Positions 15,001 through 26,100 of a stretch of 64,000 bases of DNA are shown one piece after another (position 1 is the first letter of the stretch; every line of letters begins with the position of its first letter). A program made the position numbers and the translations under genes. The stretch covers positions 68,145 to 132,144 of the forward strand of contig NMRA01000365.1 of assembly GCA_002633005.1 (NCBI GenBank). The letters are read 5' to 3'. The DNA comes from Phoronis australis (Eukaryota > Animalia > Phoronida). A model generated the notes under the pieces. It was not told the origin of the DNA. It worked only from the letters and a program-made list of their open reading frames with translations, and made no database searches.

Positions 15001-15120
15001 GGTAATATGTCTCCAGGAAAACGGCAGAGGTTGCTAGGTAAAGCCTGGAGTGTTCCTGTTGTCAAGCACCTCCTGTTGCCATTGAAGCAGTTCTTTGTTA
15101 CCAGAGCCAAAAACGATTAG
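1..15120 (+). CDS. DNMT3: DNA (cytosine-5)-methyltransferase 3 (DNMT3), 5'-partial: end of ADD domain plus complete catalytic domain. Exons <1-105, 3037-3103, 4346-4488, 7196-7286, 8167-8312, 8557-8642, 9399-9477, 9676-9797, 14967-15120
   Basis: GT-AG exons with consistent phases give [28 protein letters not shown] (ADD end), [15 protein letters not shown] (motif I), [24 protein letters not shown] (motif IV, catalytic PC), FWLFENV (VI), [12 protein letters not shown] (VIII), [14 protein letters not shown] (target recognition loop), [28 protein letters not shown] (IX/X), stop TAG 15118-15120. These are DNMT3A/B-family signatures. Confidence 0.96.
2220..2276 (+). mobile_element. tRNA-derived SINE head or tRNA-like remnant
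   Basis: A-box-like TAGCCTAATGG and B-box GGTTCGAATCCC at Pol III spacing, but no intact cloverleaf. Confidence 0.35.
5150..6880 (+). mobile_element. Decayed non-LTR retrotransposon, 3' part of ORF2 (RTE-X-like), in a DNMT3 intron; interrupted by an LTR-element fragment at ~5964-6450
   Basis: Fragments MQVNLKKTK...YKHLG (RT thumb), [25 protein letters not shown] and the C-terminal [11 protein letters not shown]...RLCEVCN zinc knuckle, with multiple stops and frameshifts. Confidence 0.75.
5964..6450 (+). mobile_element. LTR retrotransposon 5' fragment (LTR ~5964-6126, PBS-like TGGTGGCAGAGGG at 6127)
   Basis: Starts TGTCC, contains AATAAA and is followed by a TGG-initiated PBS-like motif. Shares blocks (tgtcccgaa, gcgtcgcaagctc, taatctctgg.aagatgggcaataaaaaag) with 18824-19021. 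Confidence 0.45.
10930..14420 (+). mobile_element. Near full-length decayed LINE (ORF1 plus APE endonuclease/RT ORF2) in the last DNMT3 intron; ends approximate
   Basis: ORF1-like RPPLVKL...SKSHTER; endonuclease motifs [24 protein letters not shown]; RT motifs [37 protein letters not shown]; many stops. Confidence 0.88.
13941..14260 (+). repeat. Minisatellite, 7 copies of a 46-bp unit (first copy 44 bp)
   Basis: Unit GTGCAATCGCACTGTGAATTTAAGAGAATGTTACAAGTATCTAGGT starting at 13941, 13985, 14031, 14077, 14123, 14169, 14215. Confidence 0.97.
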
Positions 15121-15641
15121 TGGAATGCTCGCTTTCCAAGCACACTTGAGCAGAGGCATGACTCTAAACATGTCATCATTTTAGTTTGTATTTGTATTAC
15201 TCTGTGCTAGTTATGTTTTAGTGTTGTATTACTTTGTTATGCCTGTGGATTCATACATGTCAGTCGCCTTGCCAGGGCAATTTGCATGTATTTTTTGCCA
15301 CTATGGTACATTTCTCTTGGTTGACTTGACTTCCGCATACAGCCAGTATGATACACCAATCTGCAGTGCAAAAGTTAAGTTTAATTTTGTTGCATTTTTA
15401 TACCAATTTTTATGTTATGTTATTTTTCAAAATTGGACCCTTCAGACATTTTAACTAACCTTAAGTTGCTATTTTAATATGTTCAGTTGTTTTGATATTA
15501 CAAACTTAAGTTTTGAACTGTTTTGACTTAATAAGAAGTATCCTTTTATATTTTTTGTTAAATGTGCAGAAATAGATGTCTTGAGTATTACATGAAATGT
15601 TTATGTTTTAAGTATTACTTTGTTTTGAGTTTATTTTTTAG

Positions 15642-15647
15642 AATAAA
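15642..15647 (+). promoter_or_regulatory. Probable DNMT3 polyadenylation signal
   Basis: AATAAA about 520 nt after the stop codon, following a U-rich 3' UTR. Confidence 0.45.
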
Positions 15648-16249
15648 GCATTTGATTTCTATAGATTTATTTAGTTGGCCTTGATTGCAGGACACAGACA
15701 ATACTTGTTACTTAGGGAATGAGCAGTTTATCATTGGTAACAGTTTTTTGCTGTTATTTCACAAAACCACTTTCAAAACTAACACACTTTTTTAGCCCAA
15801 TCACGTGTGTACAAGTATTATTGTCAATGATTCAGTAAAAAGTTATACATCATTTTGGGCAGGATTCCAGTGTAAGTGTAAAATCAAGTACTTAACTGTG
15901 CTTGTCTTGGATAACGCCAATGGTTGTTAAATTGGGAAATTTAACAATCAAGGGTTAGATGTTGAACTTTTTTATTGCTACACTAATAAATGACCATACA
16001 TTAAATACAAATATTTAGCCCAGAAAGCGAACTATAATATCCAGGAGTTTAACTAAACTTGAAACACAACATAATATCGAGCAAAGATACCAAATGTAAA
16101 GATAACAAAAAACAAGACCAAAATCGCAGATGAAGGAGAATATATTAACAGGAGATAATACATGAAAACATAACACAAAAAGCTCCTTAGATATTAATGC
16201 AGTTCCCTATTATGACTGTTAAAAGTAAAGTCACTAAGATTTCTAAGTA

Positions 16250-17850
16250 ATAGAGCACTGCAATCGTGATTTAAATTTTGACAACCATATAATAGAAAAC
16301 TAGTTTATTCATGCCTATTACTATGAAAGCATGTGGTAACTGAAAGTTGAGAGGCCACTCTCCGACGTATCAATGTTGTCTTTTGACCTCATCTGCAGTG
16401 GCTTGAAGTGTACTGGAAGGTGACACCTACTACCTTTCTATATTTGGAAAGTTATGGGGCTAAATTGCTCAAGGTGGATTTTATTTGTGAAATAATTCAA
16501 AAATAAATTTGTTATATCTTAGTTTGAAGAGGCATAATCACCAGTATTATTCTGTTTAAGACAAGGAAATGTATCTTGAGTGGATTGACCAAGAATATTT
16601 TTAACGAGTTTGCAATATTCATTAGAATTCTTTGATTTGCTACTGGCAGCTTGAATTAGGGTTTTGCGACAATCGGCTTTGACCCTTGAAATAAGATTGG
16701 TCTTGATATCTGATATAAGATGGGGTACCGGTATTTGAATTTGTAAAGTTTATATACAGTCGACACTTCTTTTTTAATTAACGTTTTATATTATTATTAA
16801 ACCGATATTTATTTTTTGGTTTAAAAGTTTTACTTCATAAGGGAGGCCACTTTTAATAACGTTAAATACCGTGACAGTTGAAGTAAACAAATGTTCAATG
16901 TAGTCATTTCACCGGAATCAAATAATGCATATCCCAATTAATCTCAGCTAAATCAGAAGTACCGGCAATTTTTCCAAAATCAGCACGATTTTATTTCCAC
17001 ACGGTTTTGTAAATTTTAGACTCATCAGTACTGAGGACGGTATCACTCAAACTACGTATAGCATATGGTGATCCAAGTTACCAAAAAGCGGCACAACTTC
17101 GGTGTGGAGAATACTGACCACTCATATCACTGGTAATAGAGAGGTCAATACACGACTACTAGAAACAGTAGAAGCGGTTAGGTTAGTCGACAAGCTGAAT
17201 TAGTTGGTTGGATGACATCAAAAGGCTCAAAACCCGCTTGATTGTCAATGGCCTCATTGAACCAAGATGAGTTGCGGGTGATAAAGTCACCGTTTATCAA
17301 AATGGGAACTTAACGATTATGCAAAATATCAGAATATTGCTTGGATAAATGAGACGTACACTGTTTCCTTTCATCAGAGGTCCGAGACGGTGACCCTCTA
17401 CAAAAATGCCATACAAGAATGGTCTGTGATTAACTTTAAGTTTGGGTTCATCGATCTCATAGATTACTATGTTATTTCTTCGGGAATATTGTTCCAAATT
17501 ATCCATATTGTCGCTCAGCTCAGACACTTGTCTCTTCAAACCATTCTGCATCCCTTTCCTGTAGTCATTCAGACTCAGAAAAAGCCTTGTTCTCATCAAA
17601 GCCGTCGTTCGTAATCAGTTGGTCCCGATGCATTTGGTGACATCAGACGATATTAGGGCCCTTTGTAGCTTGATTATATCGGGATCCTCCTCACTGCTCG
17701 TACAATTGGTCAGTGTAACACTGACAGGAGAGCAGTCGCACCGAGACTGAGAAACTTAAAATCCAGGTTGTTTTTTCAGTTTCATTGGACAATTAATGTA
17801 CTCTCCTTACTGTCACACCTCTTACGACTTGATTCAATATTCATTGAACT
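16250..17850 (-). mobile_element. Decayed CR1/L2-type LINE (ORF1 plus endonuclease remnants); ends approximate
   Basis: Minus-strand ORF1 signature LEQYSRRNNIVIYEIDE after a coiled-coil; degenerate GDF-type endonuclease motif downstream. Confidence 0.6.
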
Positions 17851-18247
17851 TTAAATTAAGAAATTTTGTGGAAAACCAACCGGCGGGAAACATTGCGCTC
17901 TGCCCTCATGTCCAGCTGTGAAGTCTGGGATAGGCGTATAACAGAACTAATTGTTGCACACCTTAAGTATGATACTGTTAGAGTGGCATGAGTCAGAAAA
18001 AAACATTTCAAGTATCCTTAGAATGTGAATAGGGGTAGTGTCCAGTGTGAATGTGCTAACATCTCGAGAGATTGGCCTTCACAAAGATACACACTTTTCA
18101 TGAAGTCTCTATGGCATAAATTTGAGGTTGGCGGTAACGCCAAACGCGGGCGTTTAAAAGTGAAAATTTATAAATTTCGGCCACTGATGTTAAAGCCTAC
18201 CTTGAACACGTAAATTATGTTGCTACAATGTATGTTTCCACCACCAG

Positions 18248-18650
18248 ATGTGTATGCGAAGTTTCAAAAATGGCTTTCATGTGATTCGGCGAACAAACCA
18301 GTTTTGGGCAGGCTTCAACTGTCAAAATCTAGCCACTGAACAAAAACTAATGCGTTCGCTAAAAAGCACAGGCGGCTTTTCTCATGGTAGTAAGATGATA
18401 ATGGTCGGCCCCCGTAACGTCAGAGGTGAGCATCACTGCAGGACTTCAATGACCTCGCATACACAACAAGCGAACAACACAAAGAAGCAACTGGTGCCAG
18501 AATTGAAAGAGATGCATGCGAGTTTGCGAATATGAGCACAAAGCTGACCGCATTTTCACCCTTCTCTTCAGATCCTGTGCTACGCAATGTCATCAATGGT
18601 GTTGTCGCCAACGCAGACGTCAACGTGCATGAATTTGAATTTTGCATGCA
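18248..18650 (+). mobile_element. DNA transposon transposase fragment, probably Academ-like
   Basis: NGFHVIRRTNQFWAG...EQKLMRSLKSTGGFSHG and FSSDPVLRNVINGVVA..VNV match a transposase motif block I associate with the Academ superfamily; frameshifted. Confidence 0.5.
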
Positions 18651-18704
18651 CACCTTCCGGTCTTTAGCTCTACACTCCGTTTGTCCCTGTTCTCTAAGCA
18701 CCGC

Positions 18705-19108
18705 TCCACAACTTTAGGAGCAGAATAACGGTAGAACGCCATTTATTCCAACACCGTTAAATAATTTAGTATACTCAAGGAAGACTGTAGTTTTTAATGA
18801 CCCTAATTTTTATGATCGACATATGTCCCGAATAATAGATAAATGATACGCGCGTCGCAAGCTCGTTACCAGAGATGAAAAGGAGACGGAGGTACGCGAT
18901 ATAAGGACATTTATTATGACTAGTACAGTTACAATATAATGAATACAGGTAAATAACGTATAATTGGTAATCTCTGGTAAGATGGGCAATAAAAAAGTGC
19001 CACAAGAGATGTTGTAAGACAGCAGATTTTATCTTACCACTTTTTTACCCACATCGGTCGGGTGCAAAGCTGTATATTTAAAAGTATACAGCTTTGTACC
19101 AAGGCTAG
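18705..19108 (+). mobile_element. Interspersed repeat with a Helitron-like 3' end, interrupted by a solo-LTR-like insert
   Basis: Homologous to 41925-42113; perfect 12-bp stem CAAAGCTGTATA/TATACAGCTTTG (19065-19096) followed by CTAG (19105-19108) then T. Confidence 0.5.
18824..19021 (+). mobile_element. Solo-LTR-like element
   Basis: TGTC...GACA termini, internal AATAAA, homologous to 5964-6126, absent from the second copy of its host repeat at ~42020. No clear target-site duplication. Confidence 0.45.
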
Positions 19109-19279
19109 TTGACTCCCAGATTTTGCATCGACCAACACCGGTCTTTAGCTCCTGAGACAAAAAGGTGCAGGTGGCCTGATGCCTTTTGCGGTACGTCAGG
19201 TGTGTTTAGGCCACAAGGCCGGGCCCATTACACTAGTCACCTGATTATGACTGATGGGGACACGACATTACTGGATTCC

Positions 19280-19740
19280 TCATGTGTGAAATCTTCCAAT
19301 CTGCCTGTTTGTTTCAGAAAGACAGAAAGACTATTAAACTTTATGAACTAACAATGTTAACCAGGCAGGTTATGTGTCCATCAAGTAGAAGATTACGGTG
19401 TCTTGTAGGCAGGGCAAATCTCCACCAGATATCGAGGAGTCTCGGCCAGTGTCGAGCTAGGTTGCAGTGTCCAGTAATAACCTGGATCAGCTGCCTTATA
19501 GCAAGCCTATCTAAACATGTTCAGTTTCTTTGAAGGTTTTGGTTCAGTAGGACTTGGAAAAAGTTGTCTGGTTTGTCTGCAGGCAGAGAGCTTTCTCCAT
19601 GCATCCACGGACAGTTTACACACCCTGTGTCTTAATTTTGCTCTACAGCACCTATAGGCAACTGGTATGCTAGTCTTTAGCCCCACATGTTGATACACGT
19701 TTCGAGGGGAGGTGACGAACAGAACTACCCTGGTTGTGTA
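19280..19740 (-). mobile_element. LINE 3' fragment (I/LOA-like)
   Basis: Minus strand WRKLSACRQTRQLFPSP...LDRLAIRQLIQVITGHCNLARH and VEICPAY; the TGH-x-L-x-x-H motif is typical of I/LOA/R1-group ORF2 C-termini. Confidence 0.55.
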
Positions 19741-20019
19741 CAATTTCGAGGTCTGTCGGCGCTGAACCCACTGTGGTACCTGGCTGTATTTTGACGATAG
19801 TCTTCATACAGCTACCTGGTTGGCTACCAACTCGCCTGCCTTCTTGTCTTGCAGCATTCGGGACAGGACATTCATTTTTGTCTGTTATACGAGATCATGG
19901 GCGGCGCAGCACTGAAAAATGTGGAGGGTCTATAGCCCCCCACCCCCCCCNGCCCCTTATCGTGAGCCACCTATGGAGATGGCACCACGGACTGTTCCAC
20001 CATAGACATTCGTTAGTCT

Positions 20020-20400
20020 ATGGTTCTACCAAGCGAAGGGGCCCTTCAATTCGACTTTCTCTCTTTTATGCTGGGCTGTTTCATTTTTCTGCCAAAGGTT
20101 GCCGAGTGGTCCCATGGTTTTCAGCAGACGCTGCTGCACATAAGATTATAACTGCCGTCTGCAACGCCGGGCACTGGCTTGTGAGCCGGCGGTGGCACTA
20201 AATCTAGCGCTTCCCGATCAAGAGGTTTCACTGTAAGCTCTGGTTGTGTCGGACAAGGAGTGTGATCGAGTATGGATTCTTTCAGAGCTGTACTGGGCAA
20301 ATGCTCAGTAAAGTGCTTGGCAACGAATACCTCCTGGCCTTTTGACAGAGACCACTGCACCAATTTGACTGCAGCCAAAGGGTCAAATCTAGCCACTTTA
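20020..20400 (-). mobile_element. DIRS-like retrotransposon gag/ORF1 fragment
   Basis: WSLSKGQEVFVAKHF...ESILDHTPCP..PELTVKPLD and, after a frameshift, MGPLGNLWQK, resembling DIRS1 ORF1. Confidence 0.55.
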
Positions 20401-20432
20401 GTTGGTGGGTAATGTGAGTCACCCTCCGAGTC

Positions 20433-20670
20433 TATGAGCGCACCCGGTATAAAAAGTGGGGGACTCGAATTTTTGAGAATGTGGACCTTTTATCGTTCAC
20501 GTGGCACGTTCAGAGCCGCTATGAATTGTGCATTCGCCGAATTTTGGTCGTCCCTGCCTTTTTAGTGGACTTTTGTCTCATCTTCTATTTTTTCGGAGTT
20601 TTTGTTTCTCTGAAGCGGACCTTTTTGCCCACTTCGCTAAATGAGGGGGGCGCCCTTGGGTGCGCGCATG
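20433..20670. mobile_element. MITE (~240 bp) with GC-rich terminal inverted repeats
   Basis: Termini ATGAGCGCACCC...GGGTGCGCGCAT; internal sequence homologous to 37019-37262. Confidence 0.6.
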
Positions 20671-20718
20671 GAGGCGGAGAACTCGTGACTAGCTGTGCTA
20701 CCATTGTCATCTTGATCA

Positions 20719-20945
20719 CTGGCCTCAAGGGCGCTGGCTTTCTATACAAGAATCACCGTCAACAGACCCAGTGTCGGAGTTTGACTCCGTACCTACAATG
20801 TCATCTGTGTCTGGGCCCTGATCATGTACGGACATTGAAGGGGAGTCATTGCAAGCGGCTACACCGCCGTGTGCAGATAGCCCGCCGTGTGCGGATCAAA
20901 CAGCAGCCTGCGGATACACCGCCACAACGGAGAAATCGTTGTTAG
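20719..20945 (+). mobile_element. DIRS-like gag N-terminal Cys/His region fragment
   Basis: CHLCLGPDH...C.RLHRRVQIARRVR resembles the CxxCLGxxH N-terminus of animal DIRS ORF1. Confidence 0.45.
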
Positions 20946-22399
20946 CGTCAAAAACATTTTTTTTCGCTTCACTAGCTGTAACATTTTTGATGAAAAATGT
21001 TAGAATTATGTAACGATTTATTATAAATCGATGATTAAATTTATGAGCAATTGTGTTAATTAATATCAGTTAACTAAGTCACAAATATTTTAGAACATTA
21101 CTTGTTATTGTAAACAACTTGTTGTGGTAAACTTGAGTATTGCGCGATTTCTTCAGAAAAGCTTTAGTTCTGCTAAGTTCTCAGTGTAGTTCTGACAAAC
21201 AGGATATAATCATCAAAATATGTTTTGGAGTGGTCAACTTTAGGTGGGTTGATTCTAAGAAACACCCACATCGATGTACTTATGCCTCAAGTTGACCAGT
21301 GTCCATGTGATGTTTAGTCATGTCTTAGAGTATAAATATTTCTGGAGCAAACATAAGCGTCATTCTCAAAAGAAAAGGTTAGGAGACGAGGAAGCTATGT
21401 AACTTTGGAGAATCAAGTATTTTAGGCAGATCACCGAGTCTGTAGAGTTTCAATGAGTGTATTCAGTCACTGGCAAGGATCATACTGATACACAAAACAA
21501 GAATTGGATGTTCATGCGTGGATAAGATCAAAGGGATCAATTTCTGTAAGTCTCATTAGAATTTATGAGCTATGAAATGTTCTAGGATATAATATGTTTT
21601 AAGATAAATGTTGGTTTGATAAATGTGATTTAAAGTTCATATACCGATTCAGTTAGATTTGAGTAATTTTGTCCAGTTTCTTAGAGTGACTATTGTTAAT
21701 AATTGAATTTAGATTCGGTTATATAATACTGTCATGTATTTAGAGAATCTTGTGTATTTTCATAGATTTACAGTTCTCACACGGTTCTCACAAGGATTCA
21801 AAGTTTTCACTGAGGTTCCAAGTGGAATTAGTAAGTAAAATCATCCCGTCAAACTCGGACTTTGATTTTGTCTGTCCAACGCAGAACATCACACTAGCTG
21901 CCTTTATTAACAGTAACCTAAGTACTCCACAAGTGTAGATGAATGAATTTAGAAGAGCAATTTTACGATTTCGATTTCAGATCATATGTATACGTCTGCT
22001 TGTGAAATAGGCCGACTTGAAGAAGGATGCGTGCGTCTTTGAATGACTATAGAGAGCTCATAGACATCGCATAGCTATAGTATTAAAATGTGCCATTCTG
22101 ACGCAGAGATGCAATAATCATAACTACCTCCGTTCTTACGAAAATAAATATATTTTCTGTACTACATAGACCTAGACACGTACGGTGGTGGTATTCTATG
22201 ATCTAGAATGCTTACACACGGAAATGTGGAGCGCCATGTTCTGGAAGTTATCCGAAAGAGAGATAAGTGGTTCTTCATCTGTATATATATATAAACCACC
22301 ACATGTGAAAAATATAAATCCGTTGAAATGTATTGATACTGTTACAATTAGAGTAGCCAAGTGGAGACTGAGTGACATTATATCAAGTTCCTCCTACGA

Positions 22400-22795
22400 G
22401 ATGTGAATGTGAACATGATTGTAATAATACACTACATGATTGGATGTCTATGGTCTAAAAGTGTGGCCAAAGAGTTGTTTCAAGGGCCCACTCCTTCTGT
22501 TAGATGTTATTCTAACTAACAGACCTGGACTGGTGCGAATTCTGAATTATGATTCGGGTGTAAATGAATGTTGGTGGTATTACCAAAGTCAAAATTTCGC
22601 AATATCAACCAAAAAATTTTTACTGGATCCATGAAATCATTCTCTGTAAATGATTACAATAGGGACCTTGAGGTAGCACCCTTTCATGTTGCTAACATTT
22701 TTGATGATGCCAATGATGGCGGTTTAGTTTCATAATGAGATATCCCGAGGGAGGTTATTGACTTCCATGCTCCAATAAAGACCAAGTTCCTGCAA
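22400..22795 (+). mobile_element. CR1/L2-type LINE ORF2 fragment (endonuclease end and linker)
   Basis: LLDVILTNRP, SMKSFSVNDYNRDLEVAPFHVANIFDD, EVIDFHAPIK. Confidence 0.65.
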
Positions 22796-23195
22796 TAGCG
22801 TAGTATGCAAAACAGCTTCTAGACAAACAAATGCCTTGTTTCGTCTTCGTAATATTTTTGGCGCTAGTAACACCAATTGTTGGCTTTTGCGCGTAACCAA
22901 GGCTCCGACCCCGCGGCGACGGCACACAACAAGCAAACTCATCCAGTGGCAACCCAGTGTTGGAGTTCAGTACCACAATACAAATTCCGCAAGATAGTTT
23001 GATGTTTATAAAATGAAGATTTTTTATAAAATATGAAATTGGGCAAAATATTCATCGCTTTTGTATCCATTTCTTCATCCTCTACGTTTTTGGAGTTTGA
23101 TTGCTTCCAGATTGCGTCGACACGCGACATTGACGACAGATAGCGCTACAAACACAAATGGTTTTCTTTCCTCCAGTTCATAAGAGCAAGACAAA

Positions 23196-26100
23196 ATGTT
23201 GAGCAGAACTTGGCGCTGTTATCGAATTCCAGTTACTCAAGCTCATTTAAGAACCGTATCATCAAGCTTTAAAAGCAAGATCAGTCTCGATAACCTGTAC
23301 CCAGACTCTACTGCTGATTATTCAAATTCTCCTGTTTTAACAAAGGTATACTTAAATGTTTTTGAAGCCCGGTAGTTTGTGATTCATAGCTCCTTACTCC
23401 TGGCTTATCCTAGGCAATTACATCGCCCTGGATGCACCGGCCAACCGAGGGACCACGTGTTGCCTTGGCTTATTCAGGCCGTAATCGCTGAAAAAAAATC
23501 CTGTATTGTGAAGTATTTTACCAGCTAGGCGTACTTAAAATCCTCTATCTGATCATGAGAATGTAGACTCCGGTGACCTAAAGTCGTGAATATAAGCATG
23601 AAAAGCAGTTGATTGTCATGTTACCCAATATCCGTTAGCAACTGCTCATGTGGTGTTATGGACATGTATCAGCCTTCACAAATATATGTGTTTTTTGCAG
23701 TCTTAACCTGTGTTTGTCTCTGTATGCAGAGTTTTGAAAGGGCCGCTCATATCACCGGCCATTTTGAATGAGGCCCTAAAGTCGTGACCGCTTTGTTTAG
23801 ACGGAAATGCACGAAGTAAGGCCACACAAATAAACTACAGTGCTTACAGTTACTCTGGACGACTTAAAAACGCATTGCATTGTTTATTAATTCAGTTTCA
23901 ATTGAAATGAATTGTTATGTGTATTGCACTCAATTCCGATGCGCACAGATGTTTTCAATGAGGATGTTTACGTAAAACGTTAAGAACCCAGCTTCAGTTA
24001 TATCTCTGTATTTCATTACTTTGGCTTTACAAAACTTGATCGACCCTAATACATTTTTATGCATTGTTCAAGCTACTCCTGGAGCGTATATTTGAGCAAC
24101 TCTGAACGATGTATATTTTCGAAAATATTTTCTGAAAATGCACAAAGAAGTGGATTAGTGAAATATGATGTTTTTAAGATACATTTGAAAAAGCCACTCA
24201 CTCACTGTTTATTATCATATTGTGAATATCAACATGTCCCGGTATTCGTTTGAAGTTCGTAAGCAGACCAATGCTGGAAGTTTCAACACTAGATGTCGCG
24301 GGACCGCGCTGAAGAGGAAATATGATCGTTCACGACTTTAGGGCACTCACGGCTTTAGGACCTCCGACGGTATAGAACTAGACAAGGCTACAGGCACGTT
24401 ATGTCGTTATTCAGTGGACGGAACTGCCAAAACTGGTTCTTTAAGTCAGTTAATGCTATATCGGACCGAATTCAGTGTATGAAACTGGTTCCCAAAATCA
24501 GGGACTGCTATATACGACCAGTACCCAAACAAAATTCCATTTCCGCAGCCTCGTGACCCCTCATGTCATGATGGGTCACTCCGGGTACTTTGATGTTTAC
24601 GTAATAATATTGTGGAATGTGGATGTTACCTGTCCTTTTCACTACAATTTCCTTTCCCAGAAAACTTCTCAGGTATACACATGGTTCTTAGATTTTCAAT
24701 TGGTAGGAGGCAATTTGACAAGTTTTGACAAAGAATGCCATGCCTTGTAAAAATAGCTTAGAAATAGTGTTGCAATTTTTCAAATATTTGTCTTGGATTT
24801 CTTTTAAAGTGTCTTTTCTATTTTAGGCAAATGAAGGTGTTGACAGTGATGAGTTCTCTGGATATATTCCAATAGGTAAGACTGGTTCACCTGCAATAGA
24901 AGTTCACTACCAGTTTGTTGGTCTGGGGCACATCAGAGTTCACCAGTGCCCTAGTTCAATTCTCTTTCTCTCGTTTCCACCCACTTTGATTTATTGAACC
25001 AGCCACTATACACTGCATTGTGCAAACCTACTCTCGCTTATGCGTTATTACATTCAGATTAATTAGCGAAGATTTCAACAAAGTCCACTATTCAAGCATG
25101 TTATTTTAGTGAATATGCTCAGTCAGGTGAAGTTATCTTCAGTATGGACTGCGTTCAGAGGAATGTATTTTGTCTGATCTGGAAAAACAGAAGTGTCACT
25201 GTAAATTACTATCAGCTACACATTGTTGTTATGTGATGTAGCAAGAGTTCACATGGCCAATTCCATCAGGTTTTGTAAGTTCGAGAATGAATTAGAGTTA
25301 CAATATGATTCAGTATAGTAGAGTCTGACTAATATTAAATAATACACATCCACATTTTTTGGCATCTAAGTGACATCACTAAGCGTGCCTGTTCCAAGAA
25401 ACTGACTTAAGTTCATTTTTGACTTAAGTCTAACATTTGTCTTAACTTCCATACTTTGAAACTTCCACATCCGGTCAGATAGGTAAAATTAAGGTAAAAC
25501 ATTTATAAAAAACTTTGTCTTAGCTAAGTCAGTTTTGTTGGATCGGGCCCCAGGTATTAATATATTACACTAACTCTGGGTGTGCAGTTACTAGACAGTA
25601 TATAATAAGATGAAGATCAGGTATTCAATATAGTACACTAACATGTTTCTGTTTCATATTCATCATAACCGTTATATGTATCATGTTTCAGAAAAACTCA
25701 GAATTACTTGTATTGTCTATAATTAGATGATCACTTTGCGATACAACAGCGACATACTGTAACATGGCTTGTTGCTAGATGGCGTTAGCGTACAGTACAG
25801 TGTTCTGCAGTCTTGTATGGAGTATTAATGCAGTGAGATTTCTCAGAATTTTTCTTGATTTTTTGCCACCATCATGCCATGAAATTTCCACTTTTGTGAA
25901 ATGTTTCCTGTTTCAGAAAAACTAGACATCAGTTATTCAAAAGGTAGTGGACCAGGTGGACAGCATGTTAATAAAGGTACGCAAGGTTATAGTGCTGTTG
26001 TGCATTGTTATTCAAGGTGTAGCTTGTGTGTCAGGGTCAGTTCCATGTCAGATCAACATTTCTAGGCCGTGCAACATGACAATCCAGTTAATAAGTCGTG

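Noticed and set aside
22730-23130. Short minus-strand ORFs suggesting a gene divergent from ICT1
   Set aside because: No recognisable domain or consistent splice pattern; the region runs into a LINE fragment.
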